DNA of 64,000 nucleotides from IMG/VR virus record IMGVR_UViG_3300032320_000771. One strand, 5' to 3'. Made by a program: the position numbers and the translations under genes. Position 1 is the stretch's first letter. Each line of letters opens with the position of its first letter. This DNA comes from an uncultured virus (IMG/VR IMGVR_UViG_3300032320_000771). Taxonomy: Duplodnaviria > Heunggongvirae > Uroviricota > Caudoviricetes. Shown in pieces: positions 17,501-25,800 of this stretch. The notes under the pieces were generated by a model. The model was not told the origin of the DNA. It searched no databases and saw only the letters and a list, made by a program, of their open reading frames with translations.

Positions 17501-19882
17501 TTTTGTTTCAGGAACCACTTCATTTATTACAATGTCAGCATCTTGTACTTGATTTCTTCTATTAATTAAATCAACAAGAACATCTATATGAGATCTATAT
17601 TTTGAACCAGAAGGCTTGTAGTAAATAAAAGTTGCATTATCTAACCAACCTTTTGCAATGCTATCTAAAATCCATTGTCTTCTTTTTTGTTCAGTTTTTT
17701 TATGAGCCTTACCTGTTAACCAGTCTTCATAATTTTTTACTGCTGTTTCAACATCTGTAACAACAGTAACATTTTTATTTAAAGAATCTTTCTGTGTTGA
17801 CCAAGGATTACCAAAGTGTTCTGTAAAAGGAATTACCGGAGATAAGCCTCTTGCAGGCCTCATACCCCATGTACCTTTGCCTTCATTGAAGGCATCTTTT
17901 GCAGAATTATATTTTGTATAGTTTGTAACTTTTGCTTTAGGTTCTGAAGTAGTACTTTTCTTAGGTTTATTATCTTTATCAACTACTTTTGGCGGACCAA
18001 CTTCATATAATTTTTGACCTTCTTCAAGAATCTCTGGAATACTAAAAGTTAAGTAAGAATTTAAACCTGAAAAATATCTTGATGTTTCATCAGGATATTC
18101 TACAAGTAAATCACTTTTAACAAAATCAAAGTAGTCTTCTTCTACTTCTTCTATATTACCTTTTTCATTTATTACATAATCGGTAAAGTCTTTACCCATT
18201 AAAGCGTAATTAAAATTTAATGCGGCACTGTATATTTTTTTAGGACCTTTCTGTTTTGCATAAAGTTCCCAATTAGTTTTTGCTTCTAGAAGGTGTTTAT
18301 ATATTAACTCTCTTGTCTCTGGTGTATATAAAACATCTTGCTCTATTGGATCTTCTCCTTTTATTCTTATTTCCAATATTGCTTGACCGTTCTCATCTGT
18401 AGTTTCCTTAACAGTTATTCCATCTGGATTAGTATCTAATCCTTCACTTGGTTTATTATTAATAAAATTTTCAAAGAAAACTCTTCTTTGCTTTGGTGTT
18501 AACTCACGACCCTTAAGTTTGCCTGTTGTAGTTAGTATGTCTGCAATATGTCCTGCTAAACCAGCTGATATATTAGATCTTTGAAGAACCAACATTTGAT
18601 CAATAGTTGCACCAGGTCTAGTTACATTAATTTTAATTGAATATCTTCCACTTCTCAATGGTTGTAATTCAAAATCATTTATGTTTAATCCTGTTTCTGC
18701 AAATGGAACTGGTTTAACATCTTCATTTACTAATCCAAAAGAACCACCCTCAATATTTAATAAAACAGGTTTACCTGAAGATTCTACATCTTCTCTTAAT
18801 TTAAGAAGCTTATTAAATAAAGTTGTTTGCTTTAATAATATTTGCGCTGTTTCTACTGCAAGAAGTTCTGGCGTTATTCTTTTAATAATCCCAGCTTCTT
18901 TTTTCTGTTTAAGAGATGTTTCAGCAGCTTCTCCTGCAGGCACTAAAGATGTTTTTTTACCATAGGCACCTTGTAAATATAATTTACCACCTTCAACAAG
19001 TGGCTTTCTTATCCATTGATATACTCTTCTTCCACCAGTACCACTTTTATTTATGCTTCCATCTTCATTAAAGTATACTTCATTACCTTCAGTGTCTGTG
19101 ACAACTGCAATAATACCGGTAGTACCAGGATTCTTTTTTTGAAACTCTAGATCTGATTGAGTAAACATTGTAGGATCTGCATCTGAAACTCTCATTGCTT
19201 TAAGAGCTAAAGAAACAGGTTCATCTTCTCCATATAATACTTCTGTATTACTTTCTGAAGTTTGTCTTGCTATATATATTATATCTCTTATAACTTCACC
19301 AAACATCTTTTTTTCAGGGTCTCTTACATTTTTTGGCTGATTAGAGTTTGGATCTACTTTAATTGCTTCTTGTCCAGTAGTACCATTTGGATAAACTACT
19401 TTTGCACTGTATTCAGCAGCACTCCATCCTGAGTGGTCATAAGGTTTAGTATCATCTACTTCAGGAGCTGACGGAGAATCTAATTCTTTTTCTACTTCTT
19501 TTTTTGCAACCTTTTTTGTTTTAATTGTTGGTTTAACAAGTATCTCAACCTTTTTTATATCAGAATACTCATTGGCAAGTGTTGGAATATCAATGAATAA
19601 CTGTGTGTTTGTTTTAAGAATATAGTCTCTTGCTTTAGGTCTTGCCGCTACTAATCCAAATATTTGAGGCACTGCTTGAGCAAAGTATAATGCTTTCTCT
19701 TTTTTATCTTCTTCTGACTCAAATCCTTCATTAGGCATTTTATTTAACTCAGTGTAGAGTTTTTTCATAATACCTTTTATATCAATAGCAGTTTTATTTT
19801 TACCAGATATTCTATCTGATATTTCTCCATATATATAACCATATAAAAATTCTACTGCAGGTCCGTTTAATTCACAAGCCAT
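8513..19882 (-). CDS. virion-packaged DNA-dependent RNA polymerase (crAss/phi14:2 gp66-like), 3789 aa, polyvalent
   Basis: Catalytic loop KSGADFDIDKL (DFDID at 12557-12571), preceded by GPRIPVQGLNSM; also ADGQGY, FHKFS, FETGSKV and WVDVEKDP. Zincin YHEAWH (17165-17179) plus accessory DUF4326-like and NADAR domains. Confidence 0.92.
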   Translation of the reverse strand: MACELNGPAVEFLYGYIYGEISDRISGKNKTAIDIKGIMKKLYTELNKMPNEGFESEEDKKEKALYFAQAVPQIFGLVAARPKARDYILKTNTQLFIDIPTLANEYSDIKKVEILVKPTIKTKKVAKKEVEKELDSPSAPEVDDTKPYDHSGWSAAEYSAKVVYPNGTTGQEAIKVDPNSNQPKNVRDPEKKMFGEVIRDIIYIARQTSESNTEVLYGEDEPVSLALKAMRVSDADPTMFTQSDLEFQKKNPGTTGIIAVVTDTEGNEVYFNEDGSINKSGTGGRRVYQWIRKPLVEGGKLYLQGAYGKKTSLVPAGEAAETSLKQKKEAGIIKRITPELLAVETAQILLKQTTLFNKLLKLREDVESSGKPVLLNIEGGSFGLVNEDVKPVPFAETGLNINDFELQPLRSGRYSIKINVTRPGATIDQMLVLQRSNISAGLAGHIADILTTTGKLKGRELTPKQRRVFFENFINNKPSEGLDTNPDGITVKETTDENGQAILEIRIKGEDPIEQDVLYTPETRELIYKHLLEAKTNWELYAKQKGPKKIYSAALNFNYALMGKDFTDYVINEKGNIEEVEEDYFDFVKSDLLVEYPDETSRYFSGLNSYLTFSIPEILEEGQKLYEVGPPKVVDKDNKPKKSTTSEPKAKVTNYTKYNSAKDAFNEGKGTWGMRPARGLSPVIPFTEHFGNPWSTQKDSLNKNVTVVTDVETAVKNYEDWLTGKAHKKTEQKRRQWILDSIAKGWLDNATFIYYKPSGSKYRSHIDVLVDLINRRNQVQDADIVINEVVPETKPQPPKKQDVIGIQNSITDILKKPGRSSYLERSAKLNSFLNKIFTTKKAKDKALDWWENSFLSQVKIDNKDKIALLQRLTEVANSDAVATFENASITLWKGGNNIDIYHEAWHAFTQLFLTKEEQENLYEQVKKVNKWKDAEYFDIEEDIAEDFRSFMKSEKFKESLPTWLANIFQKISDFLRWAYGGITRKDMTRPRDIPRVREMFDVLRTNKPEEAIKKGLFQSLNASTQNVRFTKLNRGDRNIQPIKANKNVVEFTADESMLISNAMDALSAGEFQNYNIQADTTIGYLKTTKSLKNRTALYENIYDKFLELQEYYLDEYKTTALKNLNTEKVDVDLAAQEIKLKNIVDLLSKIITNYGDISQSIEGKQKSGIVAYHLKKSRFTTLKESYNEIEDTTSIEALKQFKDASGNSFSSKELASEETLMLLSGIFKPLKVKGEVVRNEDGSVAYEKDFFGLPKLESVHDMWNRLAKILEGSYDIYEMYQRISDNIENYPELEQLMNLLPQMAHIDIEGGGYKNPIEYRVETNFWQDLKKPRIRYIQLNIDKVDKDKYQTKLSKASMDVYAVTSAWESNFILGDPGINKYLEKEPGTDNNMLKLNEVVQRFSKRKNMTAKDSVEFLKALGIEMDLSSPAIYNIVYNKKLNFANEFGLDIMLDALKVVNQSTNELAKDEFRRNPLKYLAEGLDVKLRTDKNESFDVQGRIRVLAEIQNEFSDGFSNFSVLNAERNRVWEHFVDNTITRVVTSINKAETYQELTTSPMFKHMHWLAKDNNTQVMFSQLLNSVFYMKFNPRKPEQYGTKRKNAKLLLQNITGTQFISKDQDDTSGSNTSSMDAVSKYLQEFHTMLLNGVEEFMRHASKNMAMGLTVSKETEIKTYAGKNKNKSKHLYIDIDAFSKGGDGEIEGAKIMMGYLSGEALRIFRFKSDKEKFQNYAGYNEEVTDKLDREVMAGEAFTLFDDILTKETQEKLYKIIEDAVDNNETDFSMMDILNEDIMLRDEVEGDIIEYFNLLTRENFERLEENEYVDAALAAEYFKKGENVNELLTKAYTYNSFIHKYETVILAYGDLAQYNHKKEEFHKRNAGLGSGGKGFRADALAMQFVNNMLPKVYIDFLNQTRSEKDKIKYRKYDGTFKTAIMKEFKLTSVYYNEYLKELTQTYTERYGDAAKAKRIAEKVLGEYKNMKVADGQGYVTLEAYRNFKWLEGNWSDQQEDLYKKVSRGENITLEDSIQFFPPYKLQYFGNIESTGLPVTSFHKFSLAPLVPGLAKPGDQLYDLQVKMLEQQIDYVTFETGSKVAHIGKGDNVFNEDGSFNDKVTFTPNTIYAEYLKNQTEINSSYKGVTIFSTQIRKMILEGLYENGEIKNTKNKALITERANEYIRRVEFLTNLHKLELLNQLGYEEVDGQYIPTSSASMEKLTSVIRANLEKDDLLSDNLIDFIDVYEKDNSLVNDLSFHPESAKIEKLLLSIINKKVIKQKVKGEALVQMSSAFFKDYAKTPGEFSYKKKEIDAAIKKYVGTNFLPTYHKKANGFTAAMKIMISMQGDYVKLFNLEYSKGETIGVYLQDGTLDMDTSLARLNEKIKDDAWLDADNEANRKAITLVGPRIPVQGLNSMEFAEVYHFLPPQAGNIIIPPAEIVAKSGADFDIDKLTLFMTNLDENGKVKKANYKTYNEFKDQYNSLKSDNASIGEMDMFFAEQKAGLENEIIESMVSILELPESYSSLITPNSNYILEPIAAELAQYVMKYNPYANKMTEKNIDPKNKDKKIISPTRVLETLYNVYKHESNIVGKRTLGLGAIENTFNVIFNTLGAYMPNEYKHIVGKTVEDRSAHLFLRHHKMKVDGKDHISLSNILDVDNEHKVADILAQLINGWVDVEKDPWIFFIQGNYETAPTLMYLLKTGVPVKEAIYFVSNPLVVEYIKEKTLAKSTYAEVLGKKADYPSAVSSEAASRIIAKYFDRNELASKAKSKVIYDTGVELAEEYLSDRKEQAFTEREMLSLIENFSKNNGKLTTEEGDLAKAMFLHFLEIEQQITGLTALKLSSNPDTSTKTTGSEIELSEAAIDELSNETKIPKELLTKMLNDSIISSFFNGPMSLAVIRPLFKLRYNKYISDYIIENSQIFRKTSNKLLGERKIDTFITMFRNDIISMIFQNAIRKYKIKDSYMSYTIKKEIPTALASELKSRGAFVKANKDGTKFMYIDEQTLKEEFESEAWVRGSEEDNSYENRNMYSLDPRTFMENGKLNFELYTRFVVEREFLRSEYPITEMVNKSWFRKEGLDLYEANPDVDGGTLGRFIYERYITNKALDNVYNFYHLFMDKDNALASRYNNFLVDHKDNLLNSYDILNVLKLDSDKTKTVFNVYLADKDMNTDKANVYTQNLRNLADRSVMKVADKDENDRISDMFALMSNFAFLQTGLNKSKLSYTNVVDFTNFLDVMKSESESFTTALALDGNNILDQFFEKFVSVNSRKNINKGRFKDYLMDIDFETFKNVIPDTQPTGAASQPSTSVKPKGTINVYWGQAESATSTKILSNLAPRKFTYQGKEYGSVEHAYQSLKSGSFDQITYDKYVKAGGYGTKIRGKAVTKGFDNLQLMKDLVVESFIQNLNSEATKKLLQYEKFTHNTNEVIDKAFLEGLKLAQQKLLPTTQPTEDDFGFIGFKLSVDKKGKDQGKASLANHFIGYGAKGTSTYQYEQDAKKAGILTNYDGILDEFTIAFVSVNGNNKATEKAIFETIENAREVLENGGTVIMDSTADANRSWNKSGEALVQEGLGVPTGQTSKGYNYWGKNPEVTTQPTETRIAQPTETEDTPFELKETDRTNVFQYQDQLGDKDFYEKLVDANQTVVFVRNNVNETYSNKKKNFGGQQELDKFAGNMTMNITTSLTKLGDNFQNLPKQAYAEVMRLWEEEIAHIQSINDGQTKFTPIAFPETGFGDPALMPQELFVYLSTRLFDAFGYINPGSAMYNEMQKRTEIAEGLTDQEILDQLGLEEDPFKCE
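9087..10018. repeat. dispersed direct repeats encoding TQPT(E/G)/SQPSTS linkers in the vRNAP C-terminal region
   Basis: TTCAGTAGGTTGAGTTGTA is identical at 9113-9131 and 9551-9569; GTTTCAGTAGGTTGAG at 9087-9102 and 9111-9126; CAGTAGGTTGAGT at 10006-10018. Confidence 0.85.
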
Positions 19883-19883
19883 T

Positions 19884-22800
19884 TTAACACTTATTAAAAA
19901 TATTTTTTACTTGAGCTAGTCTTTCTTCAGATGAAAGATTTTCACTTTCTTGTTCAATTTTATCTAAAGCATCTGGATCTTTAGATAAATCCGATACATT
20001 TTTTTCTGTTGATTTTACATTCTCTTTTGTTTGTGGAGTAACTTGAATTTCATCCACAGGTTTTGCTTCATCAGTAGGTCTCATAAAATTATCATATATT
20101 TCTTGTTCAGTAAAGGTATAACTTTTCTTCCGTATAGGACTGAAAAGTTCAGCTGTTCTTGCTTCTAAATCTACACTTTTTAAAATAAATGTTTGATTTG
20201 TTTTTTTGAATACTCCAATAGGCTCAACGTTAAGGAATATATCACCTTCTGAAAACGTTTCTAGTTTTTCATCTGCCTCTGTAAACTCTGATACAATTTG
20301 GGATACAACTTCTAAAAATGGATCTTGATCTTCTACATTAGTTTCAACATCTGTATCTTCTAAAGCAGCTAGTTCTGCATCATACTTAGCATTGATTTTT
20401 TTTGACATATTATCATCTCCTTTATATGCCTCTTCTTTAGACATAAGTGCAGTAAGATTTTCATAATTTTTATTAAGTTCTTCTTGTCTTCTCCTTTCTA
20501 TGTCAGCTTTAGCATCTGTAGAAACAGGAGTTGTAGAAGGTACACTTATACCTTGCGTCCTTTGTCTTGACTCTTGGATTCTCTTCTCAAGATCTTCTCT
20601 TGATATTGTTTGTCCAGAAACTCCCTCTGTTGTTGCTCCGGCAGACTTCTGAATAAGAGGTACATTTGTGCTCTGCTGTACTTTTGCTCGGGCTTCAAAT
20701 TCTTTTCTTGAGGTTTTTGTGATTTTTCCATTTTTGAAAAATTTAATTGCTGTTAAATTATTAAGTGTTTCATTTACTGCAGCTATTACATTGTCTACAG
20801 GAACTGTGGATCTTTGTTCATTAGCTAATCTACTTTGATATTCTTCTAGTTTAATGATTAATTCAATGCCCCAATCTTCAATTTCTTTTTGTTTAGCTGG
20901 AGTAAGATTATCAAGTTTTCCATCAAATACATCTTCAACATCTTTTGTTGTACCATGTTCAAATAGAATTCTATCTATTTCTTTTGTAACTGATTCAGAT
21001 TCAGACAGTTGAGCAATCAAGTTAACTTGATCTTCTCTATCTGTAGGTTCGGTTGATGATACTTGTTTTTGGAATTTATTTGGTAATCTATTTAATGCAA
21101 AGATAAGATCATCTGCATTTCCACCTCTTCTGGTGCGCTTTTTATTTTTATTAATTAAGTCAGTTTTTAAACTGTTTAGTCTGTTTAATTCAAAAGATTT
21201 TTTGCGGATCTCACGTTCAATGTTTTTATTTTTACCTTCTTTCTTTTGTTTTTGTAAATCAGATATCTCTGTATTTAGTTTATTGATCTGCTCCTGTGTT
21301 TTAGTTATTTCATTATCATTAGTGTAATAAGTTAATGAAACTATAGCACCTGCGGTATCTCTATTTACAGTATACTTAATACCATTGATCTCTGCAGTCT
21401 TTTCACTCTTGTCTAAGAACCTAGCATTAATTGTAGTTCCTGCAATCTGACTAACTTGTCCAATACTTTCTACTTGAGCAATAGGAGATAGTCCAACAGA
21501 AACAATATTTATATTACCATCCTTAACATTTTTACCTGAAAGATTGATATCTATAATAGACTTTGTTCCATCTTCATCTATTTCTATAGAGAAGCCTCCA
21601 TCTAAATTGTTTATTAATGTACCAATTTTACCTTGATACATAATAGTTTGATTTAGAAACTGATTAAGAGTTTGTTTTGCAGGATCACTAATAACAATAG
21701 CATCTTCTGGTACTTGTTCTTCTTCAGATTCTATTTCTGGAAGTGTTTCAATTTCTGCAGGTCCAGTTCTTTCAAAGCCAAATCTTTGCATTGTTGCATC
21801 ATCAAGAGGCTCTAGAATAATAAACATACCATTTTGACTAAGTTTATTATATTTAGATAGGTCAGATGTTGGTTTTGAAAGTTTTTCAATATAACCATCC
21901 ATTGTAACTACCATCTCAATTGGAAATAAAAGGATTGAAGTATCTAAACCACTCATGTTGTATATATTATTTCTGTATATACTTTGTTGAGCAGTAAAGT
22001 ATGTCTTTTTATTTCCTTTATTTTTTACCTTATTTCCATTCTCATCTGTAATTTCTTGACCATTCTTCTTTAGTGCATAAGGCGCACCTAAGTTTCTCCA
22101 TGTGTTTTCTTGAGCCGCTTTTATATCTACAACAGCTAAGTTTCCATTTGTATCAATTAAAAGCAAATCTAGTTCACCAGTTACTCCTTTACCCCCTCTT
22201 GCATTTCTATCAAAAACTTTAACATTACCAGAAAATAATTGATAGCCACCATCTATCATGTTTCTTCTAAGTCTAGTTACAGAACCAGTAATAGGATGAA
22301 ACAAGAAGTTATATGCGTCTTTTGACATTATATCAGAAACCTTAACATTTTTATCTCTGATACTAACAGTTGAATCATATGGTACCCCCATAAATCCACC
22401 ATTAGGATTAAGAGTTAAGAACTGTCTAATTACAGCATCAATATTAATTCCAGCATCACTTGTTTCTTTAAAAGCAAATCTTGAAACAACCTTCTCTAAA
22501 TTTTCTATGCTTTGATCTTGCATCAAACTTTCTTTGATACCAGCTAATTTTTTATCAGACTTAAATTGTTTATATGTACTAAGGTTAACTAAGAAAGCAT
22601 CAATCCTTTCTTCTAATGTACCAATTGGATTATCAAGTACTACTTCTCTAAATACATTTTGAATGCTGTTGTCATCAAGTCTATTATATGAAAAAGGATC
22701 TTTTTCTTCCAGCTCCATTTCTATTTGAGTAGCAACTTCTGTAGCTCTTTCAGGTCTTGGATCTTCAGGTCTTGCATCTCTAAAAGTTCTAAACTCAAAT

Positions 22801-25800
22801 CCATCTTCATCAGTAGATACAACTAACTCATTTTGTTTATTAAAGATTGTTTGTTCTACTCTTTCAATTACTTCTTGAGCAATTGGTTTTAGTTTATAAG
22901 CTTTCTCTTTACTGTCTATATAAGCAGCAATGGCTTTCATATCTTCTCTCATGGATTTTATATCCTCGGGAGTAAGTTGTATTTTATCACCATTATCTGT
23001 TTCCCACTCTTTATTTGCAATAGATGTCTCATATTTTAAATACAAGTCTGTTACATTTTCTAGAGGTGTGCCAGGTTCAATTACAGCATTTCCAAAACTT
23101 AAAGTTGGCGGAGTTATACCTGTAGAAGAATTTTTGATTGCTTCTTCTTTAAGTTTAGTGTTATAGTTATTTATTATTTCCGAAGCCTCAGCTTGATCCT
23201 CCTGCCATCTTGTTCTTAAAGTATTATACTTATCAAAGTCATCTTGTTTTAGAGATATATTTTCTTTTAATCTATCAACTAGAAAAACATCAAATGCCAT
23301 AGTCAATTGTTCTTGAAGCTCTTGTGGAAAGTCCTCATATGAATCATCAACAGAATATGTACGGACATCTGTTGGATTACCACCAGCCTCCATAAAATCT
23401 AACTTGGCTTCTTTAACTAATTCTTCAAACTCAGCATTAATATCTTTTAACTCTTGTTGATACTGTGCCCACTCTTCTGTCTGCTCAACATCTATAGAAT
23501 CTGAAGAAACAAAATTATCAATAGCAGTTTGTTGTTCTTGAATTAAATCTCCTATTAATGGTTTCAATGCTAAATAGAATCCAGCATTTTCTACTGCAAT
23601 ATTTGGATCTGAAGCTTCAGGATCTTGCGCCATTATCTGATCTCTAAGAGAGATTATGTCTGCTTCATTAGCTGGGTCATTAAGGATGATATTAGTAGCT
23701 TCACTTAATTGTTCATCTGTTATTACTTCCTTAAGAATTAAGTCAGCTGCTATATTACGTATTTTAGATAGTGTCTCAAGGCTTTCTAAGATTTCTTTGT
23801 ACTCTGCAAGCTTTGCTTCATATACATTTAAATCTTCACCAGATGCTTGAGCTGCTTCTTTTGCTGCTTGTCTTAATTCAACCTCTGTTGCATTATATTT
23901 ATTCTTAAGAGCTTCATCAAACTTCTGTCTTGCCTTATCTATTTTTTGATCTCTATCTTGTGTAATATCATCTATGATACCTTTTAGTTTTTCAGAATCT
24001 GTCTCTTGGTCTCCAGCTGGTGGAACAGCTTCTAATTCTGCAGCTTTTTCAAATAATTCATAATACTCATTGTACAATAAGCTTCCTTTAGGTATAATAG
24101 AATTATTCTTTACATCAATAAAATATTCTGGCTCATACATTGGATCCTCTGTCCATTTAGCAAACTCTTCTAAGTCAACAAAAATACCCTTGTCTGCAAG
24201 CTCATTTATTAATGCATTTCTCTCAATGTTTGTAATTTCAGAATTTACAATATCCTTAATGATATTCTTTCTGTTGTAATACAAATTTCTCATCCACTGA
24301 AAGTTTCTAAGTAGATGGTCATAGAAATCATTTGGATTAGAAAGAATGTTAATTAAGGGAATAAGATTATTTTTTTCATTCTTTAAGATGTGGGTATCTA
24401 AAAGGTCATCAAATAAACCATCAAACCCTTTATCCATACCATCTATCTGCCGTTGAATGTCTAATTTTTGATCTTCATTTTCAGCAAGATTAAAGATTAA
24501 GTTTTTAAATGCGTCTTTGTATTCTAAAAACTCATTAGATTTCCCTTGATCAAATTGCTCTATTAACTTATCAAAAGCTTTTAGACTTAATTGTTCTTTA
24601 CTAAGTCCAGGATTTGCTTTAAGAATAGCTTCAGAAAGTGCAGTTAGCTTATTCTTATTTATATATGCTTCTAAAAGAGCTTCTTGTTTTTCTTTAAAAT
24701 TAGAATATGTTTCAAGTAAAAGTTTTTTTCTACCAATTTCAGCTGCAGCATTAGGCACATTAGTTTGTTCTAATGTTTCTACTTCTGTTTTCATCATCTC
24801 TATTTCTTTCTGCAATCTTACTGGATCCGTAAGCCCAGCAAATTCAGCAAAGTTGGAATTCTTTATAGAAGAAATAGAAGCAAGCTTTGTATAAAGTTTA
24901 TCTAATCTTGTTGAAGCATCATCATAAGCTCCCTGTAGAAAGACAAAATTAAATAGTGACTGCATATAAGCACTATTATAAATCTTAGCCATCTTGTACT
25001 TATAACTATCTTTTTCATAGTCATCAAGATTAGCTAAGAACTTCATTTTATCTTTAGCCTGATTATATCTATATGAAATCTTCTTAGCACTTTCTAAAGA
25101 TTCATTAAAGTTTTCTATTGCTTGTGCACCTTGACCAGGTTGTAAATCCCAAGCTTCTTCAATATCTTGTGGAGTTGCTTGTTTATATTTTTCATAGTGC
25201 TTTATAAACATGTCAAAAGTACCTCTTTGAAGAGAGCTAATTACAGCAGTTTGAAATGCAGCAAATCTATCATCTTTAATTTCTTTGGTAGTTTTTTCAT
25301 CTGGATTAGATACTGTATTGTATAACAAAGACTGTGTGGCATAATTGGTCATTCTTGGATCAAAGAACAAGTCACTATTTTTCCACATTGTATTCATGTG
25401 TTCTACAACAGATTCTGCTTCAGCCTCCCTTTCTTCAATATAAGTTTTATACTTTTCACTTTTATTAAAGTAATCATTATACCCCATGGTCATAAAGCTT
25501 TTAACTTTACTTGGAGCTTGAAGAATACTTCCCATTAAGAAACCAGAAAGAAATGTTTCTGCTCCTTGACCGGTAAACTGTTTGTTTATTGCATCACTTA
25601 TTAATCCTGTAGCATACATAAAGTTTTTTGCAGCAGGGTTTTTGTAAGTATCTACATAATAGTTTTGTGTTGCTTCTTGTAATACATCTTGTAATGATTC
25701 TTGAACACCTTCTACTACGTTAGCTTTAAAATAATTAAGTCCAACCTTACCATATGATGATGGTCTACCTAAAGACTTTATAGCATTTACTATACCTATT

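Noticed and set aside
8502..19889. Stop readthrough fusing the three giant genes into one polypeptide
   Set aside because: The junction spacers are 1 and 2 nt (different frames), each gene has its own ATG, and no clear slippery site with structure is seen.
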